Shown piece by piece: positions 12,727 to 25,147 of a DNA stretch of 64,000 bases. Numbering within the stretch: position 1 is the stretch's first letter; each line of letters begins with the position of its first letter. The position numbers were made by a program, and so were the translations under genes. The stretch comes from Octopus vulgaris (Eukaryota): contig OX597814.1 of assembly GCA_951406725.2 (NCBI GenBank), positions 118,358,001-118,422,000 on the forward strand, given 5' to 3'. The notes beneath the pieces are model-generated. The model did not search any database and was not told the origin of the DNA. It worked only from the letters and a program-made list of their open reading frames with translations.

Positions 12727-14421
12727 GCACAACAGCTTCCACAAGGACATGTGTTACATCAAAAATTCTTGGTTGGGGATGCAAATCCTCTCGTTCACGT
12801 ACGACATAATGCGGCAGCAGCATAGAATTGAAGCGTCCATCTCTTTCTTCTCTCAATGTAGAATGAGGAAACTCGGATGTTGAGGTAATGTAAATAAATA
12901 AATACGTATATAGAGGTGAAGATGGAGGGGCGAGAGTTCGGGACGAGGGATAAAAAATATATATAAAAAATGTACGTATAGAATAATATAAAAATGTAGA
13001 GGATAAAGATATAAAGAGTTGTAAGGAGATGTAAAGGGGGTATAAAGAAATATAAAGAAATATAAATAAATGTAAAGGCATAAGGTTGTAAAGTAAAAAT
13101 AGAAATGGAAATAATAGTAAAAGAAGTAAAAAGAACCTGATAAAAACATGATAAAAGTGTAAAAGAATGTAAAGATAAGGGATGTATAGAGGTCGCGGAC
13201 CAAGCATGGTGGTCAGGAGATTGATAAAACTTAGTTGTAGAACTGTCAGTAAATTAACAGTTTCGTCGTAAATCAGAGCTGATGAGAATTTAATCTGGTT
13301 CCTTGAATTAAATGGACTTCCAGTACATACATATCATCATGGATACATACACCCACATACACGCGTACATATACGTCTCCAAGCCTATAAGCATACACAC
13401 GCACTCGCGTGTAAACACGTACATAAACACACACGCACCCACACGCACGCGCGCACACACACATACATACAACAAGAATATCCGCATATATAGACGGACA
13501 TTACGCGCGTACACGCTCACATGTATATACGCGCGCCCCTCACTACATACACACACGTATATGCCCACGCCTCTAGGTCTAGGTATAAGATATTAAAGGA
13601 TGTGTATAAGAACGTATGTAAAGAATCCCGTACTCATGTTAATCCGCGCACGCACACATCGCTGTGTGTCCGTATGTGCGTGCACATATACACTCACATA
13701 CACACACAGAGACACACGCGCACATGGGTATAGCCATAAGATATCGAAGTATGCATGTACATATACGCGCGTGTATATGTATGTATGCGCATACACACGT
13801 ACGCGGACGCTCGCATACTCAAAAGGCGGATCCATAGGTAAGTAAATAAACATATATAGAGGTGTAAAGCGATAAATTAGGGGTAAGAATGAGGGTAAGG
13901 GTAAAGATTAGAAATAAAAAATACAGTATAAAATAAGAAATACAATGTAATAGTTAGAAATGAAATATAAGAATTATAAGGGTTATAAGAGTTAAGGTAA
14001 GGGATGAAAATGAAAATGAGAGTATACATATATATATATATATATATATGTGTGCCACCTCCATCTCATGTTAAACTTTACAAAATTATATTTTTACCTT
14101 ATTTTTTTTTATTTTATTTTATTTTTATTTTTATTTTTATTTTTATTTTTACTTTTATCCTACTTCCATTTATTTTTATTTTTAATTTTATTTTTACTTT
14201 TATTCTACTTCCATTTACTCTCATTTTCATCCCTTACCTTAACTCTTATAACCCTTATAATTCTTATATTTCATTTCTAACTACTACATTGTATTTCTTA
14301 TTTTATACTGTATTTTTTATTTCTAATCTTTACCCTTACCCTCATTCTTACCCCTAATTTATCGCTTTACACCTCTATATATGTTTATTTACTTACCTAT
14401 GGATCCGCCTTTTGAGTATGC

Positions 14422-14499
14422 GCGGCTGAAGAAGGCCACAGACATACATTATGCTTTGTTATAAATCTGTCTAATAAAGGCCCGAAACATATGTACCGC
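14422..14499 (+). ncRNA. Type I hammerhead ribozyme, extended stem II (identical to 12649-12726)
   Basis: GCGG-CTGAAGA-..-GAAAC-ATAT-GTA-CCGC. Palindromic ACATATGT. Confidence 0.7.
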
Positions 14500-14607
14500 T
14501 GAATCCTTCGCCTCATGTTTTTATTTTTATTTTGATCAATTTACTCCACCACCTACACCACCAAACGGTATACACAGGTGCTTATAATTATCAAGTACTC
14601 ACCCCGA

Positions 14608-14666
<59 letters not shown>

Positions 14667-14667
<1 letters not shown>

Positions 14668-14893
14668 TTTATTTTAAGCAGCAGAAAATTCAACAAAATC
14701 TGTTACTCTGAGTTTCTCGTTGCCGTTCATCAGACAGTTTTTGCAAAAACTGTCTGATGAACGGCAACGAGAAAAAACTCAAGAGTAACAGATTTTGTTG
14801 AATTTTCTGCTGCTTAAAATAAAGCATATTACTCTACCACTGGTATTTGAGTACTCTTTTCTCCACCTTGTTTCACATTTATGTGTTTACTCC

Positions 14894-14897
<4 letters not shown>
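14667..14897 (+). mobile_element. Family A short element with a 158-bp near-perfect palindrome (14667-14824)
   Basis: Centre tttttg|caaaaa at 14743/14744. Arms match except for small indels. Flanked by (AT)n. Confidence 0.8.
14700..14737 (-). ncRNA. Minimal type I hammerhead ribozyme
   Basis: CTGT-CTGATGA-A CG GCAA CG A-GAAAC-TCAGA-GTA-ACAG. The mirror copy on + (14750-14791) has small insertions. Confidence 0.7.
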
Positions 14898-14960
<63 letters not shown>

Positions 14961-15227
14961 TTATGTATATAGATGTAAGTACATAAATTATTAGCGACAG
15001 AGTTAGTATTAGTTGTGAAAGTCAATATATATATTCAACTTTACGAGGATATCTTTGTTTTAGCAGGTCGAGTACTGCGCTATTAGCCTTGAGAGAACTT
15101 CAAATATAGAGTATTGGTGCACAAAAGTACGCTGATAGATCGTAGGAGAAGGAAATCACCTGTTATTGGTGCCAGGACTCCCACATTATGTGATTTCACT
15201 TTACTGATCATCAGCATTGTGAGGTGA

Positions 15228-15466
15228 GTACTCTTTTACTCTTTTACTTGTTTCAGTCATTTGACTGTGGCCATGCTGGAGCACCCCCTTTACTCGAGGA
15301 AATCGACCCCAGGACTTATTCTTTGTAAGCCTAGTACTTATTCTATCGGGGTATTTCCCAGAACCGCTAAGTTATGGGGACGTAAACACACCAGCATCGG
15401 TTGTCAAGCGATGTTGGGGACAAACACAAACACAACATATACACACACACATATGTGTATATATAA

Positions 15467-15529
<63 letters not shown>

Positions 15530-15700
15530 CACACATACATATATATAACGGGCTTCTTTCAGTTTCAAATCCACTCACAATGCTTTGGTCGGCCTGAGGC
15601 TATAGTAGAAGACACTTAACCAAGGTGTCACTCAGTGGGTCTGAACCCGGACCCATGTGGTTTGCAAGCAAGCTACTTACCACACAGCCACGCCTACGCC
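15228..15700 (-). mobile_element. tRNA-derived SINE type 1, near full length
   Basis: Reverse complement of the 1411-1809 family: head at 15550-15700, internal microsatellite, tail ending (ctctttta)n. Confidence 0.9.
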
Positions 15701-16163
15701 TGTTGGTCAAATTTCTCTGTTACTATGTCCAGAATATAACTATCCTTTCAGATACTGGTGGCGAAAACAGTCAAAACGATTATAAAAATGTAATTATGAG
15801 AGATGGAAGCAGCATTATTACCGGAAGTCAGTATTTCCATCCAGCTCACCGTGCATGACTAGGCAGAACACTTAGTAATGCGTTATTGGACTTGAGTAGA
15901 AGGGTTTTTTTTCTCTATGTTTATATCTCCATTACCACAACATACGTAAGTTCAATTTCATATTATTTCGGTGCGAATCGTTCTTTTCATACAATGCACC
16001 ACTTGAATCCAACTTCATATTTTAATGTCTTCTCATAATGTGAAAATTAATTTTTTTGCCAGTTATTGAAAAACATTCTACCGATGCTGCTACACACTTG
16101 TTGGTTTCAGAGAATCATTTAAAAGAGATTTGTGCAGATAAAGTTTTCAGTTCTTTATTTGCC

Positions 16164-16199
<36 letters not shown>

Positions 16200-17365
16200 A
16201 GAGATGATTGAACATCAAATATCTCAATAAGCGCATTTGTTTTACGACAGTCATTTTCAGTTGAAAATTCTGTGCATGAAAAACATAAAACAAGCAAACT
16301 GCAACATTTTAATAATTCTACAAAAGTTTAAAGTGAAATATTTACCTATATTTTACATTGACTCTCATATAACGATTATGCTATACTATGAGGCAGTTAG
16401 TCACAAATTTTAGGTGGACAGAGTATTCAATTGACTAATTTAGAAATACAACACTGTTGTAATGCGATAGAACAAAGAAATGTGCTGATATTGCAAAACA
16501 GAGATGACAGCTTTTAGATGAAATCATAATTGTATATAACCCAAACGGTTTTAGCAGCAAGGATGCGGTAGACTTCGATATATAATATCATTGATTTGAT
16601 TCACTTGTGCAGTAGACATGTAATTTCAGTAAAAATATACGGGATAATATCAAATCTCAGATTTATTATGATAACCTAGAAAAAAGTAGAAAATTAGGTA
16701 AAAAATAAAAAGGGGAACGCATCCCAACACTTGGAAGAGATAAAATACCAACAGTAACAATGACTAAAACCCGAAATACGTTTCCCTACAAATTTGAGTT
16801 ATTATATTCAAGGTTATTATTTGGAAGTGTGCAAAATAAATAATAAATGACGTACAGATGTTGGAAACATAACACCTCACCCAATTTAAGAGTTCTCGAC
16901 GTGATGAATGCATTTATATCATATAATGCTTGACTATGATGCTTCACATGATGCGTAGTTTATCATCATAAGTAATCTGCAGGTATAAAGCTAACACTGA
17001 ATTCGAATATACCAATTTGCTGCTCGGGAAATTGATGAATATGCGTTACGATCTATTCATAAAAAAATTATATATATGAAATTTGTATTTAGTTTCTTGA
17101 ATATGACACTGATTTTCCTTTCATATTTATAGAATCTTACGGCTACAATACAAAGCATAAATAAGCCAGAAAACCAGCTGTAACTGTCACGAGCATAGAG
17201 CATTTTCTAATGTGGAAAACGAGTAGAAAATGTTAAATATTCCCGGTAACAAGCTAATAAATCAGACCAAACATTACCCCAGGAATACAAATTTGCTCAG
17301 GTTTCTACCCGCTGATACAACATATATATATATATGTATGTAGTGCGTGTATGTGTACGTATACA

Positions 17366-17437
<72 letters not shown>

Positions 17438-17479
17438 TATTCGTTGTGCAAGACTTTTTATGTGAAGTTGTGTGTTGAA

Positions 17480-17873
17480 ACAGACTTTGTTGTATTTCGG
17501 AATGCCAGTTTAGCCAATTAAAACACACGCAATATATATTTGGTGTTACTTTGCTTCAGTGTTATTTATTTTTTACATTTATCTTAATCTTATTTCGGCC
17601 AGATATCTTTCGTCACATTCCTGTGACCGCATCAGTGGTCCTTTACTTTCTTCTTTCTTATTTGTGTGTCTCTCCTTACTAACCGTCAGCCATTTTGTAT
17701 TTCTATTGTATGTGTCTTCATTTGCGCATGCGTATATCTCTATATGCGTCTATGTTTAGTTAGTGTGTATGTGTATGTGGGGGAATGCCTGTATTATTTG
17801 TATCTTCTATTTATATACGTTCGTGTAATTTGTTTTTGTTTACTCTTATTTTTTTGTTCATGTTTACATCCAC

Positions 17874-17913
<40 letters not shown>

Positions 17914-17937
17914 CATCATTATTATTATTATTATTAA

Positions 17938-17991
<54 letters not shown>

Positions 17992-18245
17992 GTATGCTTG
18001 TGTGTATGTATGTATGTATAACAACAATACTAGTAATAACAATAATGATAATAATAAAACATTAAAAAGAAAAAAACAAATAGAAATCAATAACTATATA
18101 AGTTTTGTTTTTTTAATTAAATTTTTTTTTTAAATTAAAATTTTTTTTTATGTTTTTATTATTTTTACTAATATTGTTGTTGTACATACATACATACACA
18201 CATACATACATACAAGCATACATAATAATAACAATGATAATAATG

Positions 18246-18312
<67 letters not shown>

Positions 18313-18735
18313 TAATAATAATAATAAGTGGATGTAAACAGGAGCAAAATATAAAAAAATAAGAATAAACAAAAACAAAAACCAATTACACGAACGTATA
18401 TAAACAGCAGATACAAATATTACAGGCATTCCCCCCAAACACACATGCACACTAAATAAACATACAAGCACATAGAGTTATACGCATGCGCAAATGAAGA
18501 CACATACAGTAGAAATACAAAATGGTTGACGGTTAGTAAGGAGCGACACAAATAAGAAAGAAGAAAGAAAAGGACCACTGATGCGGTCACAGGAGTGTGA
18601 CGAAAGAACGCTGGCCGAAATAAGATTAAGATTAATGTAAAAAATAACTAACACTGAAGCAAAGTAACACCAAATATATAGTGCATGTGTTTTTATTGGC
18701 TAAACTAGGAAAATGACCATTCCGAAATACAAAAA
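17480..18735. repeat. About 600-bp-arm diverged inverted repeat with (TTA)n/(TAA)n and degenerate hammerhead-like motifs
   Basis: 17480-18030 is approximately the reverse complement of 18170-18735. CCA-CTGATGC-G GTCAC..GTGAC-GAAAG at 17599-17638 (-) and 18575-18614 (+). Confidence 0.8.
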
Positions 18736-18761
18736 TTATATACATATATATATATATATAT

Positions 18762-18812
<51 letters not shown>

Positions 18813-18839
18813 CACAAAAAAAAAAAAAAAAACATACAC

Positions 18840-18891
<52 letters not shown>

Positions 18892-18902
18892 GCATATATT
18901 AC

Positions 18903-19600
18903 AGTGTACAAACAATTGACCTATTTATACACGAAAGAGATGACCTTTAACAGGGCACCTCACATACGAGAATGGGCAGTTAAACCCCAAACCAAGAATA
19001 AGACCAATTTCAAAAAGATTGAAAGTCAAACATATTTTTGTACTTACTCTCAGACTCGAGTTTATTATCAATGTGCAAAATATATTTACTTGCCATTTGT
19101 ACTTCTTCAGTGTGGGAACTAAAATTAATGCTGATTTATGGCAGCAAATAGCACCGAAAATACAGGTGCTACATTGTTATACATTATAATTTTCAGATCC
19201 ATCGCGCAAGGGCAGTTACATTAAGCAACAAATAATAATAAAATGATAAATTTGCGTACGAGAAAGGCTTCAAATTACGAACATTTTACTGTGAAAATAA
19301 TAAGAGTAGAAAATTTATAGAAGTTTTCATATTTTAATATATAATAGTGTATAAACAATTTTCATATTTATACACGAAAGATGTCACCTTTAACAGGACA
19401 CCTTACATGCTAAAAAGGGTAGTTAAATCCCAAACCTCGAATAAGAGCAATTTGAAATGGAATGAAAATGAAAAAAAATATATTTTTGTAGTTACCGTCA
19501 GACTCGAGTTTCTGAATCGATGTGCAAAATAAATTAAGTTGCCATCCGTACTTCTTCAATGAGGACGCTAAAATTAATGCATATTTATGCATCAAATGTC
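18903..19600 (+). repeat. Diverged direct duplication, about 250-bp units about 443 bp apart
   Basis: agtgtacaaacaattgacctatttatacacgaaaga.. (18903) versus agtgtataaacaattttcatatttatacacgaaaga.. (19346). Confidence 0.8.
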
Positions 19601-19917
19601 ACCGGCATTCGCGCGTGCGGCGTGCGTGTTTGTGCGTGTGTCTGCATTACTGGTCCATAACAAAAAATATCAGTCAGAATTCATTATATACCATAAAGTA
19701 GAAGCTCCAAAATAAACATCTTGAATTAGAGATACCGACATTATAAAGTCTGAAAACATATAATTATATCTGTTTTAAGATTGATAATATCTTTGAGCAG
19801 AATCGTTATATATATATATCACCAACTTCTTTTTACCTACGTATGCAGAATACGCTGGACACTGCTCGCAGAGTGTATATTATATGTAGCGCTTTTGAAT
19901 AAAATATATGTAACAAT

Positions 19918-20310
19918 AGGCGCGGGAGTGGCTGTATGGTAAGAAGCTTGCTTCCCAACCACGTGCTTCCGGGTTCAGTGCCACTGCACCTTCGGCAAGA
20001 GTCGTCTCCTATAGCCTCGGACCGACCACTGCTTTGTGAGTGGATTTGGTAGACGGACACTAAGGGATGCCCGTCGTATATTTATGTGTGTGTTTACGTG
20101 TACGTATTTGTCCCTTCCCCCTGCACCATCGCTTGACAGCTGATGTTGGCATGTCAACGTCCCCTTAACTTAGCGGTTCGGCAAAATCCTCGATAGAATA
20201 AGTAATAGGCTTACAAAGGATAAATCCCGGGGACAGTTTTTCGAATAAAGACGGTGAGCCTGCATGGCCGGAGTTAAATAACTGAAACAAGTAAAAAAAT
20301 AAAAGAATAA
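19918..20310 (+). mobile_element. tRNA-derived SINE type 1
   Basis: aggcgcgggagtggctgtatggtaagaagcttgcttcccaaccac..gggttcagtg head and matching tail. Confidence 0.9.
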
Positions 20311-20411
20311 AGATTACTGTAGATAATGAAGTCACAAGTACATAAACTCAGGTGGGCAGAGATAATAAGAATCACAATGAAACCGTTGTATCGTCGGCAA
20401 AATAAACTGGT

Positions 20412-21642
20412 GCAAGAGTTGGTATACAGTATGCTGCTATATATGTTTGTGCAGATTAGCAAGAAAATTAAGTACTGTAGAGTTATGGAATATATGCGGA
20501 GAAAGAGGAAGAAACTGAAAAAAATATTTACGTCGTAAGAATTCAGAAAGAAAGCGTAAAGAAACAATTAATTGCATCTTTCTCTAAACAAATGTGTAAC
20601 ACTAATATCGTGTTGAGTCAAAATCTTTGTAATATTTTGGTAACTTATTTGCTTTATCGGTGAAGTTGCACCAAAAGCAGCTCAGCATTCAAAGTACAGG
20701 CTGTCGTGATGCACTGTCTGGAGCCAACTTTCTGCCAGTTCCTTAACCCCATGCTGATATCACTTCTTGTCCTGCAAAACGAAGACATCGTTCCCTGAAG
20801 CTTCCACCTCCTCTTCTTTGATGATGCATCGCCAGTGCAGTAAGTGAGCCATGGATCAGAACAAGTAATAATCTCATGTAACTTGGTAAGGACCGTGTGC
20901 TATATGTGGCATCAATTCAGTTCCTTCAAATTCTAGCAATTTGCTCAAGCGATATGAGGTCTTGCGTTGTCTTGCTGTAGAACAGCTCGCTTTCTGTTAA
21001 ACAATGCCGAGTATTTTTGCCTCCCATGAACCTACATCACAGAATAAGTTCAACAAGTAAAATTGTTAAGATAAGGACAAAACAATAGATATATTAAGAG
21101 AAAGAACAAAGGTGTCAAATTAGAATTTGAAAATATAGAGAATAAAATGAATTCATAAAAAAAAACAACCCACAGTTAATACACTGCTTGTTAGGACAGT
21201 GTAGAAATAAACCAGAGTGAGAGACGAAATAGGCTAAGACACTCTAGAATAAAAGCAGAAATGTTAAGTTTTATCTACCTCACACGTTACAAATTGATAG
21301 TCACGTGAAAAAATATTGATACTAGGGAGTGACGTTCAGTGCTTCTTTACAAGCAATACAATGAGGCAATTCCCCAAATAATTATGATTACTGAATCTTG
21401 AAATTTCCCCATATATTCGCAGACTGGACTGACATCAGCTGTCCTCTATGTGGATACATCAGCGGAAAACATGCAGCATAAGATTGTATCATCTGTAATA
21501 CATAGCAAGAGTTGGAATACAATACGCTGCTATATATGTTTGTTCAGATTAGCAAGAAAATTTACTACTGTAGAGTTATGGAAAATATGCTGAGAAAGAC
21601 TTAGTAACTGAAAATTTTATTTACTTCGTAAGAATTCAGAAA
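20412..21642 (+). repeat. About 138-bp dispersed direct repeat (20412-20549 and 21505-21642)
   Basis: gcaagagttgg..gctgctatatatgtttgt.cagattagcaagaaaatt..tactgtagagttatggaa..tcgtaagaattcagaaa in both copies. Confidence 0.85.
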
Positions 21643-21955
21643 CTTTGACAGGACGTGAAATAATTTGTTTTCATCGGTGGAACTAGAATTTGATAAAGGT
21701 TTCAAACCCAAAAGGCTCTTTAACAGAATATTTATATGTCATTATTTATAACTTCATCTACTTCGAGTAAACGTTATATTTAGAAACTGGATGGAATAAT
21801 TGGGGACAACAACAACAAAAAAAAAACTACAGCAGGGCTGACTGCCGCCCAAATAGTCCCAGAAGAACATGCAAGTTACATTACACATCCTTTGCAAAAT
21901 ATTTTCAATTACGTTCGAAACAATCCACATCATATCTGTACAACACACAGACACA

Positions 21956-21989
<34 letters not shown>

Positions 21990-23029
21990 TACGCACGCCA
22001 CCTGCGAATGTAATAACAAAACGTATTCTTAGGATATTGACAGCCGATAATACAACACATCGTGTATAATGCTAAAAGAAGTCACAAAACTTTTCTTTAA
22101 TGGACTTCACAGATCACAAACTGTACAGAGTCATCATGAGACATAACATACAGATTTTCTACCCAAACAGACACAAAATACGAAGCAGCACAAATAACAA
22201 CAAAACTATTCATTGAATGAGGTATTACAGTACGGAACACAGATATACAATACAACATAGAAACAAATGTCAATACCACATCTTCCCCATGGACACCTGG
22301 TGTTGCAATACTATCATGAATGAAAGTGTTTGAAACAGGATTGTAATAATAAATTGGAAACGGAAATATTTGTCACGAAGAATGGTGTCAATAAAAACAT
22401 CGTTTCACAACTATAACTTTTGACTTCTATAATTATTCTTAAATTCTCTACTTACTTGTCAGGAAAAGACCATAAGTACGTCTATTAAACAAAATATATA
22501 ATTAGAAACTTGCCATTGTTATTGTTTCCATATTCAAAACAGATTTCTGGTTTTAAATTTATTGCAAGTATGTCTGCGCCGGCCAAATTTACTTAAAGTC
22601 AATCAATTTGTTTTAGCCTTCGATATAGGCACCAACTTGTCATATTGAAACCGTTTTAGTAATATCTATGCATTACATGTATTCAATTAATACGCAAAAA
22701 TTCTAAACCTATCATTGTAAACTTTGTTATGACATTAACTAGTTATAGTTATTTAATTGTTATATATTAAAATATCCTCTATATCAAACGGAAAGATCAA
22801 TTGCTGTCTCTATTTACTATGATACATTTGATATGATGTTACCTGATCGTTGTTTCCCTAGTCTCGGTATCAATTTCTGTTGCATAACATAATCGGTACC
22901 CAACCCTGCACGTATGCTTACAGGCATATTTTTTTTTATATATTTGCTGACAGCTAAATAGCAATATATAAAGATGAAAAATAGCATTCTGCTTCTTCGG
23001 AAAGCATTGATTCACTCAAAAACTATTTA

Positions 23030-23068
23030 GGATATGGGCCCAGCACGCTTCCACTGCACCACTCTGTT
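23030..23068 (-). pseudogene. 5' half of initiator tRNA-Met (tRNA fragment pseudogene)
   Basis: Minus strand AACAGAGTGGTGCAGTGGAAGCGTGCTGGGCCCATATCC versus metazoan tRNAi-Met AGCAGAGTGGCGCAGCGGAAGCGTGCTGGGCCCATAACC (35/39 by eye). Ends just after the CAT anticodon loop. Confidence 0.85.
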
Positions 23069-24997
23069 CAACTGAAGAAAATAGACAATCTTTTGTTTCT
23101 TGTTTTCGTTTTGTTCTGAGTTTCATTACTTTATGTAACAATCTGTCATATGTTAATAATCTATTTGTGAGTATTGGACTATGTGAAATATATGAAATTT
23201 ATTAATTATACACTAAATGCTACAGCACTGGTATGTTATATTACTTACTGAATTGTGAAATTTCATTCTGCTCATGTCTGCGTGAATGTGGTTTGTCAGA
23301 TTCGACTAGACAAATTCACAGTTCTATGCGTTGCAAATTTTCTTGGATGTCTCTTCATTTGTCCTTTTCAGATCAGAGAGAAAGGAATCGTTTCTATAAG
23401 TGCTTCCCATGCTTGTTTGTATAATACCCAATTAAACAGTAAAAAAAATGTTACAAAGGAAAAGACGAGTGCAAAGTATTTAGAGATTATAAAAGACTAG
23501 TTCACTACAACACAAAACTGTTTTTATAAGTTTGCCAATCTGGCTTACTAGATTTGAAGAGAATATTACCACCAAGCTTTTACTACAAATAGCGTGGAAT
23601 AAAATTATCAAATGAATTGAACAAATATAATATGCTTAATACATATGATGTGCACCACAGTATGTGGTATAACTAAAGCAGCTGGTTAAAAATTAATGAA
23701 GGAATTCAAATACAGAAGCAGATCCCGCAAGAAAAAAGATTGCACGAGAGAAAAATATATATTTCCCAAAAGTATGAGAACGAAAACATATGCGGAAAAT
23801 TGTTTCACCACAGAAATGTAAAGCTGAACTGAATGACTAAATTTCGAGACTATTTTTATCATAAAAGAAATATTAAATCGACAGCTGGAGGCTAAATCGT
23901 TGAGAATGCAGGGATTTGAGAATAGAATGGAACAATGGGAATCAAGCATAATGTTTTGAGGAGATAAATGAAAAGTTTAAATGGAATAAAACTTCAAAAC
24001 ATTGATAAAAACAATCTATTAACAATAAAAATAAACATAATTATTTTGGAGAAATAATGAAAATATATACAAAAGAAATAATCCACACGAAGACACACAT
24101 TTCAAACCTATTAGATAAAAAGCCGCATGAATGAATACCTGATTATATCGAATAATAAGGTGAACATTAAATAGCAGCTAACTGAATTAAAATAAAGATT
24201 ATATTTCGCACCACAAAAAGATTAATCTCCAATTTTTGTACCAATCTAATGCGTTTCTATATTAGAGAAACCCGGATTAACCAATATTTTGTGAGTTGAG
24301 GTAAACGTTATGTGGAAGAAGCGCTTCCTATGTATGAGTGTGTTTGTGTGTATGTGTATGTGTTTGTGTGCGTGTGTATGTGTTTGTGCGTATGTGTATG
24401 TGCTTGTGTGCGTGTGTATGTGTTTGTGTGTGTGCGTGTTTATATGTGTGTGTGTGTGCACGCGCGCGTGTGTATTTATATTTGTGGGTGTGTCTCAGTT
24501 TGTAAACACCTCCCCTTGACAACTCCAATTTACTTGTCTACGTCTTCATAACTTAGCGGATCGACAATGGAGTTAAATAGAACAGATGCTAGGATCAATT
24601 TCTTCGACTAAACCCTGCATAATCGAAGTCTTCTGACTGAAACAAGTAAACAATAAAATATTATTTCTGAATGTATTCTTAAAGACTGCCTCTTTAAGCA
24701 TCTTCCATTTAGAATGGGTTTTTTATAATACCAAATGTAGTAGTTTGTGAACTTGAAAATATTTCTCAATCTACTATAATCGCTATGCTCGTTATGTGAA
24801 CATCCTTTCTTTCATCTGTTAAGATCTCGTGAAATTTAATGCGTTTTGCTACATTTTCACCGTAGACCTCCTCACGAAGATTGACTCATTTTACATTTCC
24901 TGGAGGTATTTTCATTATTTGGTGTGTCATCATTCACACTTGATTTGGTTTTCTTTCTCACTCTCACAAATCCCTAAGTCATCTTGCTTCTCCATCT

Positions 24998-25147
24998 GAA
25001 ATCTTCATTGCCAAAATGCAGCAATCTTCTCGGCAAAGAAATGGCACAATGCGGTGATCTTCTCGCCAAAGGGTGCAGCAATCTTGACGCCATAGAGTGC
25101 GGCAATCTTCTCACCAAAGAAATGACTCAATGCAGTGATGGCAAAAT
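24998..25147. repeat. Minisatellite of about 24/33-bp units (aatcttctcgccaaag..tgcagc)
   Basis: About 5 diverged units visible. Confidence 0.75.

Larger units (their letters stand above)
12608..14612. mobile_element. Head-to-head pair of non-coding Penelope-like elements with hammerheads
   Basis: 12608-12727 is the reverse complement of 14421-14541. 13812-14024 is the reverse complement of 14216-14422. Flanked by (AT)n on both sides. Confidence 0.75.

Noticed and set aside
12719-13207. 162-aa ORF inside the twin element
   Set aside because: Low-complexity F/L/Y/I composition from a purine-skewed tract, with no RT or GIY-YIG motif.
24998-25147. Short repeats with variable spacing resembling a CRISPR array
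   Set aside because: Units are degenerate and adjacent without unique spacers, there are no cas genes, and the context is eukaryotic. It is a minisatellite.
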